Assembly: GCA_052426225.1 (NCBI GenBank)
Contig: JBNJNM010000008.1
Span: forward strand, 558,001 to 622,000
Origin: Zancudomyces culisetae HAW-14-8
Taxonomy: Eukaryota > Fungi > Kickxellomycota
Direction: 5' to 3'
Length of the DNA stretch: 64,000 bases
The notes under the pieces are model-generated. The model was not told the origin of the DNA and ran no database searches. It saw only the letters and a list, made by a program, of their open reading frames with translations. This document shows, one piece after another, positions 1 through 11,500 of the stretch (position 1 is the first letter of the stretch; every line of letters begins with the position of its first letter). Position numbers and translations under genes: made by a program.

Positions 1-410
1 TAGAGGATCAGAGCGGAAACCCTTTATTTAGAATTGCAAACTTTAACATGAACGGCGATGAAAGACTGGAAGTCACTTGCCTGGATAACAAAAATTTGAT
101 CGGCACGCTTGGACACCACTTTGGATTCACAAAAGCACCCATAAGGTTGAGTTTGTCGAACAATAGTTACTGTGTAGTTAAAAATAAATCTAACAAAAAG
201 GATGAGTTTACAGTCATTGATTCTCAGGGTAAACCCCTTGCGGTGCTGAAAAAGGTTGAAGAACCGAATAATGTGGAAATCCACTTTATTTGTGCAAGTC
301 CTGCTGAAAGAGAAAACACCAGAGAGAATGTCGACAAAGAGATATCCTTATTTCACCAGCGCGCTTTGATCTTAGCGTCTGCATTCTTCAAAGAAACCAA
401 CTTGTTTTAA
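1..410 (+). CDS. 3' part of a scramblase/Tubby-C (LURP-one)-like protein, truncated by the window start
   Basis: The frame is open from position 3 (EDQSGNPLFRI...) to TAA at 410. It has 'V.DSQGKPLA.L' beta-hairpin segments and a C-terminal helix 'QRALILASAFF' like scramblase-family C-termini. Family assignment is from motif recall only. Confidence 0.5.
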   Translation, partial: EDQSGNPLFRIANFNMNGDERLEVTCLDNKNLIGTLGHHFGFTKAPIRLSLSNNSYCVVKNKSNKKDEFTVIDSQGKPLAVLKKVEEPNNVEIHFICASPAERENTRENVDKEISLFHQRALILASAFFKETNLF

Positions 411-1283
411 GAATTTTCTGTACTATTAACGTTGGGGTTTCGGTATTTAGACCGAGAATCTCTGTCCGAAGCTGATCTAACCCAAAAATACTATATTTTT
501 TACTATAAGAAACAAGAATTAGTTCCTTGTATCATCAATTTTCAATTATCTTTTAATACTAACCTTTAATACTAACCAAGTTTACACAATTTAAGGCTCA
601 ATAAAACTTAAGAACAATAGAAAACCTGTTTGGGTGACGCTATAGCCATCTAGTTCGATATTTATCAAGGCGTGCAATATTTTAAACGCAACAAGATGCT
701 GATAGACAGTTTCAACAATATCAATGCTTAGTATGCCATGCTTTGCATATGCACAATCCACACTAAGAAGAGTAGTAGTTAAAATGTGCGGAAGGTGTAT
801 TTAAGACGATTTGGTTTATAATACACAATCAATCTAGCTTATTTGCTTTATTGAAGAATATAATCCATTTCCGTTGTAAAAAGCTGTCACTTTTATGTAT
901 TTGAATTGAAAAAACTGTCTTGTAATAAACACTTTTACATTAATTGTTCAAACTCTTTTCTGAAGATGGGGAGGGGAATCGTGTTGAACTTTTTGGGGAG
1001 AAAAAAAAACAACTAAAGTATAGATATTGTTGTATATTCTACAATATATGTGTGTTTGTTGGATTATCCGATTGGGATCATAACTGTTTATTCATCATGA
1101 ATTGAAAAACCAAAAACCAAAACCAGTAATAAATAAAAAAAATAGCGAGATGCCTTATTGTTGTTGCAATCAACATATACACACTCTTTAAAATATAAAC
1201 AATTACTATAAAAAATAAGATATTTTATCTCTCTTTTTTCTTTTTCCTTTTTTATATTTTTTATATATAAATATATTCCCATT

Positions 1284-2615
1284 CTACCATCTCAAATATC
1301 GTTGAAGCAATTGATGAAAATCAAAATCCAACTCTAAACACATTACAATCTTATTGTAGATTTCTCGCATCCCGATATTACGTTGTGGGAAATCCCGTTC
1401 AAAGTCCATTTCCAAATCATAAACAGATGTACGCGTTTCCTCAAAAGTATATGCCTCCAGAATGTTTTCAGATGTGTCTCCATGAGCATCTTCAGTATCA
1501 GTAACTGTTGCTATTGATGAAATCGATGCTATGCTGTCTTTACGTTTCAACAGCTGAATGAACGATGCATGGTGTCGCAGTAGTTGGTAGTTAACTTTGC
1601 TTCTGAGTTGTGGGGTGATTGGTCTTTCATAATCACTCTCTTGGTACTCCTCTTCGTGATATCCACTGCCCTGATACTCCTCTTGTTGGTGCTCCTCACC
1701 ATTTTCATCATGGTGGTGATAGCGGTTATAGTAACCATCAAAATCTATAACACCACTTGTACATGGTTCAAATCCCAAACCATTAATCAGCTCATTCATA
1801 AGGTGTTCCACCTCTTCATCTTGTTGAACTTGTGGCTCTTCATAATTACTTTGGTAATCTTGATCATTATTAATAACATTACCATACTCACTACCATACT
1901 CGCTGTCGTACTCGCTGCCATAATTACCGTAAAAGTTACTGTCGTATTCAGTATCCTCATCACTGTCGTAATTACTGCCACCACCATCACTATTGTTACT
2001 GTCACCACTGTTGCCTTGGTACCACACATTTTCGACTCTTGCTTGTACAGAGGTACCCACACTAATAAAATTATCCCTAATCACTCGCAAATGTACCCTA
2101 TCTTCTTCAGTAATAGGCCTTGTCATTGCTGCAAGAATCTCTCGCCTATCATAGAGCTCTATTTCTTGGGGTATCTCTCCTTCGTTTCTTAGATAATACT
2201 CTCTGTTGATAAACATATTTATCTCCTTGTTATTTCGTTCCAATAATCTGCAAAGAAATCTAGCCAAGTCTGGAATATAGTTTACAAAATCCTCAAGTGT
2301 AAAGTTGGTACCAAAGTGATGCTCATACGCTTTCCGGAATATACCACATCCATTCTCAAAACCACTGCCTCTTAATCTTGGATCAATTATGTATCGTCCT
2401 CTCTCATTAACCAGATCAAACATAGTATAGACTGCTTCATAGATGATGCCAATGTCGTATCTAATAGGCTCATTTGTATTTCGAGATCTTGATGTTGATG
2501 TTGATGTTGATGCTGGTGTCGATATGGGTGTTGGTGTCGATATGGGTGTTGGTGTCGATGTTGACGCACTACTTTCGTCCCTTTTGAGAAACCTGATCAT
2601 GAATTTGTACTTCAT
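1284..2615 (-). CDS. Hypothetical acidic, low-complexity protein (443 aa)
   Basis: Uninterrupted 443-codon ATG ORF in AT-rich DNA. It has an S/T/P N-terminus and D/E/Y/N/S-rich middle. No domain recognised. Confidence 0.7.
   Translation of the reverse strand: MKYKFMIRFLKRDESSASTSTPTPISTPTPISTPASTSTSTSRSRNTNEPIRYDIGIIYEAVYTMFDLVNERGRYIIDPRLRGSGFENGCGIFRKAYEHHFGTNFTLEDFVNYIPDLARFLCRLLERNNKEINMFINREYYLRNEGEIPQEIELYDRREILAAMTRPITEEDRVHLRVIRDNFISVGTSVQARVENVWYQGNSGDSNNSDGGGSNYDSDEDTEYDSNFYGNYGSEYDSEYGSEYGNVINNDQDYQSNYEEPQVQQDEEVEHLMNELINGLGFEPCTSGVIDFDGYYNRYHHHDENGEEHQQEEYQGSGYHEEEYQESDYERPITPQLRSKVNYQLLRHHASFIQLLKRKDSIASISSIATVTDTEDAHGDTSENILEAYTFEETRTSVYDLEMDFERDFPQRNIGMREIYNKIVMCLELDFDFHQLLQRYLRW
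2488..2560. repeat. Coding tandem repeats: (GATGTT)n and an 18-bp unit GGTGTCGATATGGGTGTT x2
   Basis: Seen directly. Encodes STPTPISTPTPISTPASTSTSTS on the - strand. Confidence 0.8.
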
Positions 2616-3846
2616 TTTTTTTTTATGATTACTGTTTTACGTGTTTGGATATTATTATGTTTGTAATACAAGCCTTTGTATATATTTAGTATATTCCTGC
2701 TTCTCAAAGTAAAGCGAATAGTTTATTACTTTAATACGGAAGCGAGTTCAAAACAAGATGTTTTGACATTGCGTTGGAGCTTGATATCACTTTTATACTT
2801 GCTTCCCTTATCCTCTATCTGTCTTTTTGCATCACCATTGCTTTACCTGCACTAACTTTTCCAATTTTATTACTGCTCACATAGCATGGTAACTGCTCAT
2901 TTTTGCGTTTAAGTTTGACTCTGGCTCTGGCTCTGGCTACTATTCATTTCTAATTCTTATAAAATATAGCTATTTCACTAACATTGGTACTCCACCACTT
3001 TACTTGTTACCCATGTCCCTGGGCATATAATATTTGTTTATTTGTTAACCCAGTTCAGGTCATAAAGTTAAAACCACACCCAATACCGTATATCTGGATA
3101 ACTGTTGAATCTATACCTTTAGTTAATTACTTAGTCACTTTACTTGGTTTTTACAGCTTTACTTCTCACATCCAATATTTAACAGAGTACCAAAGTATAC
3201 TGTATTTTGTACCAGGAAACTGTGATTAGTTACATACTTTTTTTTTTGATGTGGAGATACAGCAGTAATCAAATGCAAATTACTAATTCTGTTGCTATAC
3301 TCATAATTCTCCTCATTTTTGCAACACTAATTGCGACCGCATCTTTAAATGCACACTTAATAACAACTCATTGTATAACATGTCAGTACCACTCGACCTG
3401 CATTTTTTTTGACTTAAAGGGTAAAGAACCAACCAGTAAACAAAAACCCATCGGCAAAAGCGACGTGTAGTTGTACTCATATTCATATTTGAAAGTCAAG
3501 TTATTTCAATGAAATAGTATGTACACTAATTTGTTATGAGAGAATAGATTATTAGAGTAACTACTTTGTATTCTCCACTATTTTTATATCTTCTTTTCTC
3601 ACACACTCTCCTCTTTTTAAAAAATAATCAAACTTAAAATCTCTTTATTCGGTGAGGGAGGGAGGGGGGGAGGATTGGGTATCTTTATTTTGTTTTTAAA
3701 AAAGCTGAACATAAACACAAGGAATAAAAGTATATAGAGCAATCAAAATTTGAAATATACTACCTCCACAATAGATTGTTGAAATAAACTACATAAAATA
3801 TCTGAAAAATCACTCGCCCACTATCAAAACAAAACCAAAGGCAAGT

Positions 3847-4062
3847 TTAACCCTCCCATACCATTCTCCTACAGAACGCTTCGTTTGGAGTACTGGTAAT
3901 CATGCAAAGATACTTTGGAGGACATGGTTTTGAAATCCAGCCTCCAGCAAAACAGCTTTGAATAGTGTTGAATTTTCCACACCTACTGTGGCCTTCTTCA
4001 CAGCCTTGTGCTGAGGTTAAAAAAAACGCACATATTACTAGAATAATCATTCGTATTTTCAT
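3847..4062 (-). CDS. Small secreted Cys-rich protein (71 aa), CBM19-like chitin-binding module
   Basis: ATG at 4062. Signal peptide MKIRMIILVICAFFLTSAQG is followed by C-EEGHSR-C...IQS-C-FAGGW...PC-PPKYL-C...FC (6 Cys), resembling the fungal CBM19 pattern C..G..C..C..G.W...C....C. Confidence 0.6.
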   Translation of the reverse strand: MKIRMIILVICAFFLTSAQGCEEGHSRCGKFNTIQSCFAGGWISKPCPPKYLCMITSTPNEAFCRRMVWEG

Positions 4063-5785
4063 CTCTCCAATTGTGTAGATGATAGTTTTAACCTGTCTGT
4101 AATACCAATGGGCTGTAATTTTGTGGCAGAAAATCTCGAGCAATAAGCTACCTTTATAGCTTTATCGGTGCGTGTGAATCAATCGGTGGATAATAGGAAA
4201 CCAAAGACTACCTTTTTTTTACCACTGTGAAAGCAAAAATATGAGAAAAAGTTCAAAAAAATTAGCGAAACAGCTTCGGGTTGTGATCTGAGTCGATCTT
4301 TTGCAGTTTATTGGTATGAGAGTTGTCTGTTGTTATTGCAAAGCTTTTCGGGTGAGAAAAACCTTAGTATATACCCTCTTTTGATGCTGGATACTCGTTT
4401 CTCTTATACTCCTGGTGTTGTCTTTTAAGGGAAATGGAGTGTGTCTAAATATATTTATATACATTTTTCACTTTTCACTTTTCATTTCCCAATACAAAGT
4501 GCGAAAAAACGAATGTACGGACGCATTAATGAGGTTATTCAGTAACAACAACCCAAATATCCTGTCTTTAATATGTGCCTATCTTATGAGCTTTGTGCTT
4601 ATTCCTGTATCTAGTTACACAATCAAATTATTAAAAATATGTAATTTCTTGTCAATCCAATTTGTATTCGAACCACTTTCATACCGCACGCACTATCAAA
4701 GCAAGTCTTGTTGTATCACAGAAACAGGTAATGGTGGTTGTGTGTGAAGAATTTGTGGTTAGCTAAAAAATGTAACGGAACCACCGACATACAACGCGAT
4801 TTTTATGTGGGAAGCACTTTGTTGGGTATAACCACTCGTATTTACATCTGTCTACTAATTGGGTGGAGCACTATTCAATATATCAAGATCAATAAACAAC
4901 ATAAAATGTAAAGCAAAAGTAAAAAAAAGAGGAGATTATTATCTGGTTCATACTAGAATTCAAAAGTAGTGATGTGTTAATCAGCATTCTATTACTTAAA
5001 TAGGACCCAATGTCTTTTTATCTGGCTAATTGATGTTTTCATTCAAAAAAATATTACATGTCATCTAACTCGAGTATTTATCCGAGACAGTTACGGTTAT
5101 GCTTCGAACCAATTACACAAATTAAGAATAGTTAGAAAAAACAAGTTGATACAATATATAAGCCTGATAAAATATTTCTGATCCCTACTATAGCGTTTAT
5201 CAACCGAGGTGAAAGACAGTACCCAAATTAAACTGTGATGTGTTGCAAAAACAAATGGTATAGCCAAATTTTATATCCGATGCCCTGTGTTTTCCTTCTG
5301 TTATTGTCTAACTCATGTATTACATGTTGTTATTACCATAGCAAAAATAGTTTGTTGCCTCCTCCCTCGATTCACACCTATCGTTGCAAGCACAATAGCA
5401 GTACAGCAATGTCTTGTCTTGCTTATTCTTTTTGTAACGCTTTTTAGTATATTTTAACTTTCCATAAATAGACTAACATGTATACCCATCCCACATCGCC
5501 CAAAATAAGCGAGACTAATTCTGATTGATTTTGGAATCCAAGCTGTGTTTTCCACGTGAATCTAAAATGGATTCACAAAAATAAATGATGAAACAAAACG
5601 TTCTGCTGATCAGGAGATAATTGAACAAACCCAATTCGTTCGCTTAGAAACAAACTAGAATGTAAGATTGTATTAGAAATCGCGAACCAAGGCAGCATAA
5701 ACTCCACTTTTCTTTACCATTTTTTCACAATTAGAAACCCCGAAATACAGGTTTTACACATATACTCATAGTACTCTAATTGAAA

Positions 5786-7736
5786 ATGACAGTTTCGGTT
5801 CAGGAATATTTTGATCACATTGACTCCAACACTGGCTACTTGGTTGAGCAGCTTCGGGAGGTTGTAGCCATCCCTAGGTACTGTCAGCAAAATATACACC
5901 GCATTGTATTATTATTTACCCATTACAGATATTACAAAGCCCACTTGCTCTAAAGTACCCTTGACTCGATATTTCACTTTATCAAATAATAATTATAGTA
6001 TAAGTGCCGATGTTGAGCACCGTGGTGAGGTTGTCAGGATGGCAGAGTGGCTCAAGGCTAGATGGAAAGGTCTAGGAGCAGAGTATGTTCATATTTTCTT
6101 TATATAGGTTTAAATTTCGTTAAACTAAGCAGTGTAAACCCCTCACTACACCACCATGTTTCAAAGCTGTTTATTCCTGAAAGTTGAAAGTATTTTGGTT
6201 TTCAACCCCCCCCCCCCCCTCTAGAAAACCCAACATAATAGTCGGTTAATGTTACAAAATAACAGGTAATATCAACCTACAAACTCATCACAACGCTTGT
6301 ATTTTTTATATTAAAAAAAGGGTAAGGCTGGCAGATATTGGAACACAAGAGCTCGAAGGAAAAGTTGTGCCTCTACCGCCAGTGATACTAGGTAGATATG
6401 GTAATGACCCAAACAAAAAAACAGTGACCATATATGGTCACTATGACGTTCAACCAGCTCTAAAAAGCGATGGATGGGATTCTGACCCATTCACATTGGT
6501 TGAGACTGAAGATGGCCGATTACTCGGACGAGGTGCTTCTGATGACAAGGGGCCAGTTGTGGGATGGCTTTTGTGTGTTGAAGCACACCAAAAAATTGGG
6601 CGGGATTTGCCTGTTAACTTGTTGTTTTGCTTTGAAGGCATGGAAGAAAGCGGAAGCGTTAACCTTGACAAACTTTTACAAAAAGAGGGGGATAAATGGT
6701 TTAGTGGAACAGATTTTATATGTATCTGTGACAATGGTAAGTTAACTAAAAGTAGAAATAGGATATGTTACATATACATAACTTTTTCGATATGCATGTA
6801 GGGTGGCTTGGTACAGAGAAACCAGGGTTGACATATGGATTAAGAGGTATAAATTACTTTTCGGTTGAAGTGTCGGGACCCGCTGCTGATTTACACTCGG
6901 GTATTTTTGGTGGAACAATTTATGAGCCGATGACTGCATTGGTCAGGATCATGTCCAGTCTTGTTGATATTAAAGGCAAAATACTGATTCCGGGGATTTA
7001 TAACGGAGTTGCCCCTTTAACAGGTTGGTTACTCACTTGGTTTTAATTTTCTGAATATACCTGACAAATCTCGGGATAGCATAAACATAAAATGAAACTA
7101 TTAAAATAAAAATGAAAAAAAATAGAGGAAGAGGACAAAACATACGATACGCTGTCATACAGAATAGAAGACAGCATCAAGGATCTAAAGTATGATTGTA
7201 CCCTCTTCAGCACATCTAAAGAGATGCTACAGCACAGGTGGAGGTATCCAGCACTTTCCCTACATGGAATAGAAGGCGCGTTTTACAGCCCTGGAAGAAA
7301 AACTGTGATTCCTGCAAAAGTCACTGGGAAATTCTCCATCAGAACCGTTCCGAACATGGATCCACAAGAGGTAGTCGATTTGACAACCAAGTATATCAAG
7401 GATCAGTTTGCCAAACTCAACACCAAACTCAAGGTGGATGTCAAGAGTTCTCATAGTGGAGATTGGTGGTATGCTTCTCCAAACCACCCCAATTTTGTTG
7501 CAGGCGCAAAAGCCGTGAGGAGCGTATTTGGTGTAGACCCCGAGCTGACCAGAGAGGGTGGATCAATCCCCGTTACGATTACTTTGCAGGAAACCATAAA
7601 GTCCAATGTTTTGCTGCTGCCTATGGGCAGATCGAATGATGGTGCACATTCAACAAACGAGAAGCTTGATAAATATAACTACGTAACTGGGATCAAGTTG
7701 TTTGGCGCGTATTTGCACGAGATTTCTCAACTTTAA
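5786..7736 (+). CDS. DUG1: Cys-Gly metallodipeptidase / cytosolic non-specific dipeptidase (M20 family; CNDP2/Dug1)
   Basis: Exons 5786-5877, 5999-6082, 6321-6736, 6802-7023 and 7126-7736, joined by in-frame GT-AG introns. Motifs YGHYDVQPA, GRGASDDKGP, FEGMEESGS, DLHSG, RWRYPALSLHGIEGAF, TREGGSIP, DGAHSTNEK. Confidence 0.95.
6206..6219 (+). repeat. C14 homopolymer in DUG1 intron 2
   Basis: Seen directly. Confidence 0.9.
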
Positions 7737-7927
7737 AACACTATTGGTGTTAGTTTTAGCCAGCGCTCTTATAATTTTTTTTTTACCCAATACTTTGCCT
7801 CTTTATTTTCCGACTAAAATTCAATAAACATTATATCAGGTTGGAAATACCACCTATTGAGGTTATATTTGGATATTGGAGTGCAACAGATAAAAATGGT
7901 GAAATAAGGTCAAAAGTATGTCACTAA

Positions 7928-8335
7928 TTAAATAGGCGCCTTTCTAATCTTGTGGATGTACAAGCTATCCTTATCCCAAACATTACTGGTGTAGTAAAGA
8001 TCCTTTTGCAGGACCTCCTTAACTTCTGCCTCGGAGTCGGCGTTGATAATAAACATGCTTCCCACCATTCTATCGTTTTCATCGAGTAATGCAGCCCCAT
8101 ATTCGATGATTTTGTCTGAATTTTTTAATTTTCTCGCTACCTCGAGGTGGCTTTCACGCACCGATAATCTTCGCTGTAAGGCATCGGGATCCGAATAATC
8201 TCGGAAGGTTGCAAGATATTGGTTCTTGCGAAGGCTCGACATATTTGAAAAGGATCTAGTGTCCTTCTGCATCCTTGCAGCGCGTGGCATGTCCTTTCCA
8301 ATAGCTCTGAACATATTCTTACCTGTAGAAAGCAT
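7928..8335 (-). CDS. YCII-related domain protein, probably mitochondrial
   Basis: D..D.L.RRL.VR..HL and GAALLDE...MVGSMFII motifs, plus the 'D.YY..NVW' ending. The N-terminus is Arg/Ser-rich like a presequence. Confidence 0.85.
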   Translation of the reverse strand: MLSTGKNMFRAIGKDMPRAARMQKDTRSFSNMSSLRKNQYLATFRDYSDPDALQRRLSVRESHLEVARKLKNSDKIIEYGAALLDENDRMVGSMFIINADSEAEVKEVLQKDLYYTSNVWDKDSLYIHKIRKAPI

Positions 8336-8548
8336 TGTTAGATTTGAAGAGTCAGTTTCCTTGTATCTTGTGTACTTTGATATTATTTGCTGTTAGCCGA
8401 TGTATTTATATATTTTTTTTGTTGAATTGTTCCTGGAATTTATACATTTCTCAAAAATTTTTAAACACAAACCTGAAACAATAAAATAATGAAAGAGAAT
8501 ACTTTCGGCTTAATTGGTAACTAGATCTAGACCGTAAAATTGTTAATA

Positions 8549-11500
8549 ATGTCGGGAAAAGGCAAAGGCAGGGGAGATAGGAACAAAATCTCCAGCAGTA
8601 GGTGAGTTGATCCTCTTAGCGAAGGATAAAAAATGGTCGAATATGATCTGAAAAAATGATTGATTTTTTTTGATGATTTTTCTTGTGTGTTAAATATAGC
8701 CGAGCAGCGAAGCTTTTAGGTAGCAATGCAGATGTAGTCAATGCATTTAAGGCTAATGCAGCTTTAGCTTTCAGCGAGTACGGAAGGGAAAATAAAAATT
8801 CTGAGTATTATCAGGAGAATTATGGCGATGGCGGTTCGAACGAATACGCAGTCGAAAGAAAAAGAAAACAGGATCATAGCTTGGAGATGAGTGGAATAGA
8901 TACCGAACTGGCAATGCTGATAAAGAAGCTTGGGAAAAAGGAGGTGATGACAAGAATCAAGGCTTTGGAAGGGATATACGAATACATTGAATGTAAAAGC
9001 GTGCAGGATAATGAGAGCAAGGAGGCCGTGATTGAGCAGAGGGTCAGAGCGATGAGGATATGTTGGCCCAGAATATTCGAAAAGCTTATATTTGACGTTG
9101 ATAAGCGAATAAGGCGGATAAATTCCAAGATATTTGAAAAGTATGTGGAGAGAAATGGAGGCAAAAAGATAGGGAAGGGGGTGAAGGATGTTATAGGACC
9201 ATGGGTGTGTTCGATGTTCGACAGTTATAACAAAGAGATAGGAGTGGCACAGCACAAGTTGTTGATAGAGACATTTGGGGAACAGAACAGGGTCAAGTTG
9301 CTGGAGTATGGACAAAAAGAGATTCTGGATTATGTATACCGGATGGTTGTGGAAAACAAAGAAGCGAAAGTCAGCGAGTTGAAGTACATGGATAGTGAGG
9401 AAATAAAGATTCGCAATGCAAATGTGGCGTATGGGGGATTGAAAGTTATGGAATACATGGTTTGTGAGGTGGAAAATGAAAAAAAGTATGCAAATATAAC
9501 GGAGTACGAAAATATACTTGGTAATAGGGAGTTTTGGGAGATCGTGGAGCAAAGAATCGGCCAAGGAAAGCAAGGAGCAGACCCAAGGGTACAAAGAGCA
9601 AAATTCCAGTTGTTGAGTAAATGGAGTAGCATATCACAAGTCGGTGATCAGGGATTTATGGACGAAGAGCTAAGAAAAGAAGTTGGGCCAAATATAATAG
9701 AGTCTGGCTTGAGTAAGGAGATAGAAAGGACGGTGCAAGAGCCAATGTGGGAGGCAATAGTGGGGATGAGTGCAAAGGAAAACCAGTTGGTGGTATGGGG
9801 AGAGAAGCAGCTGGGTTGGCTTCTACGATATTTGAAGGCGGGTGAGTTGTTTTTGGCGCCGGAAATAGGTATGAAGAAGGTGGTAGAACTGTTTGATATT
9901 TTGATAAGGAATGGGGTCACCAAGGAGACAAAAAGAGTCAAAAAAAACGAAAAAGTGCAAAGTGGGGAGCAAGTGCTGGAGGAGAATTATGGGGAGAAAA
10001 TATTTAAGGCAGTTTGGGGGCTGCGAACAAATAAGCACTTGGTAGCGGTTAGACGAGGTACCAAACCGCAAGGTGAAGAAAGAGAGATGGTAGAAATGTA
10101 TCTGGAAATGGTTTGCCAAATATTGTCAAGGTTAATAATATCAACTGAAGGTAATGGTGTGAAGGAAACAATATCCGGAAGTGATGACAGAAATGAACAG
10201 AGAGTAGTGGCAATAATAGAGTATATATTGGACCAAAGCTACATTGATAACATTGACGAGATGGTCAAAACAGTCAAAGATGAAATCATAGATAATGAAG
10301 GTGTGATTGACAGAATCAGCACACAAAGAGTGTGGGAGTTGTTGGAGTGCAGGTTCGAGCGGGATGTTCTAGACGCCTTTGAGGTCACAACCAGGAAAAA
10401 GAAGGCAACAGTTACAATAATGAGTGAATTGATAAAGAGTAGAGAATATGCGATAAAAGTGAATGAGTTTATCAGTCGAAAGATTACATACACAAGACGC
10501 GATAAAGATATCGTAGAGGATGCAGGAGATATGTTTAAGAGAGATTTTGAGATGGTGGCGAATCTGGCAACTATGATACCACAGGCGGTTTACAAGGATT
10601 TTGAACAGTTTGAGGAGCTGTTAAATGAAATGGTGGAGTATGAAAAGTATTATGAAGGTGATGGAGTATCGCGAATCGAAAAATTCATAGTTACGTATCT
10701 AGAATATAGCAATTGGACTATTGAAAGTCAAACGCATGTTGTTCAGATTTTATTCAACGAGTCATTTGGTAATGGGAATAAGGTTACTGCTCAAAACCAT
10801 TCCGGAAAAGAAGGGAATGAAGATGACAAACTGGTTACGAATGAAAGGAACTGGAGAATCCGTGTGTTTACAAAAATAATAGCTGAAAACAAAGCACCAA
10901 ACGAATATGTAGATAGAAAGACCTATGAAATCTGCCAGATGGTGATGAAGGCAATTGGTAGTAACAAAACTGGGAAAGAAAGTGGTACCAATAAATGTGG
11001 GTATTGTTGCATGGCAAGCGCTAGAGACTACACAGATTACAAGATGAAAGTTATTAGGAGAGAAGACAGAATTGAGCATGGATATTATATGGAAGGGGAG
11101 TTTTATCTCAATGATGGCCAACAAAAATCAAAATTATTGGTAATTGATAGCGAAGAGGAGTTTAATAACGTTAATGCAGGATTTTTGAAGTTGGTGGTGG
11201 AAAAAATTGTACATACAGGAAGCATAGAGACAGGAAAACTTAAGGAGTTCTTGGACTTTAGCTTGGAAATAAGAGAAAAGCACTTTAATGAGCTGTTTGT
11301 TAAATTGCTCACTAAGGATGAATATCAAAATGGGTTTGCTAAAGCAGTACGCGCGAAGATTATGCAATGGTATGCCGACGATGACTCTGGGAAGCTATGG
11401 TACGACATATTCTTTGTAAACGATGGAAGCGAGGTATACGAGGTTTTGAGAGATTTACTATTTTACAACCAAGGAAATCTGGAAACCCAACCAATAATAG

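Noticed and set aside
6033-6062. GTCAGGATGGCAGAGTGGCTCAAGGC resembles the 5' end and D-arm of tRNA-Leu
   Set aside because: It lies in DUG1 exon 2 (VRMAEWLKAR), and no T-arm (GTTCRA) or acceptor-stem complement follows.
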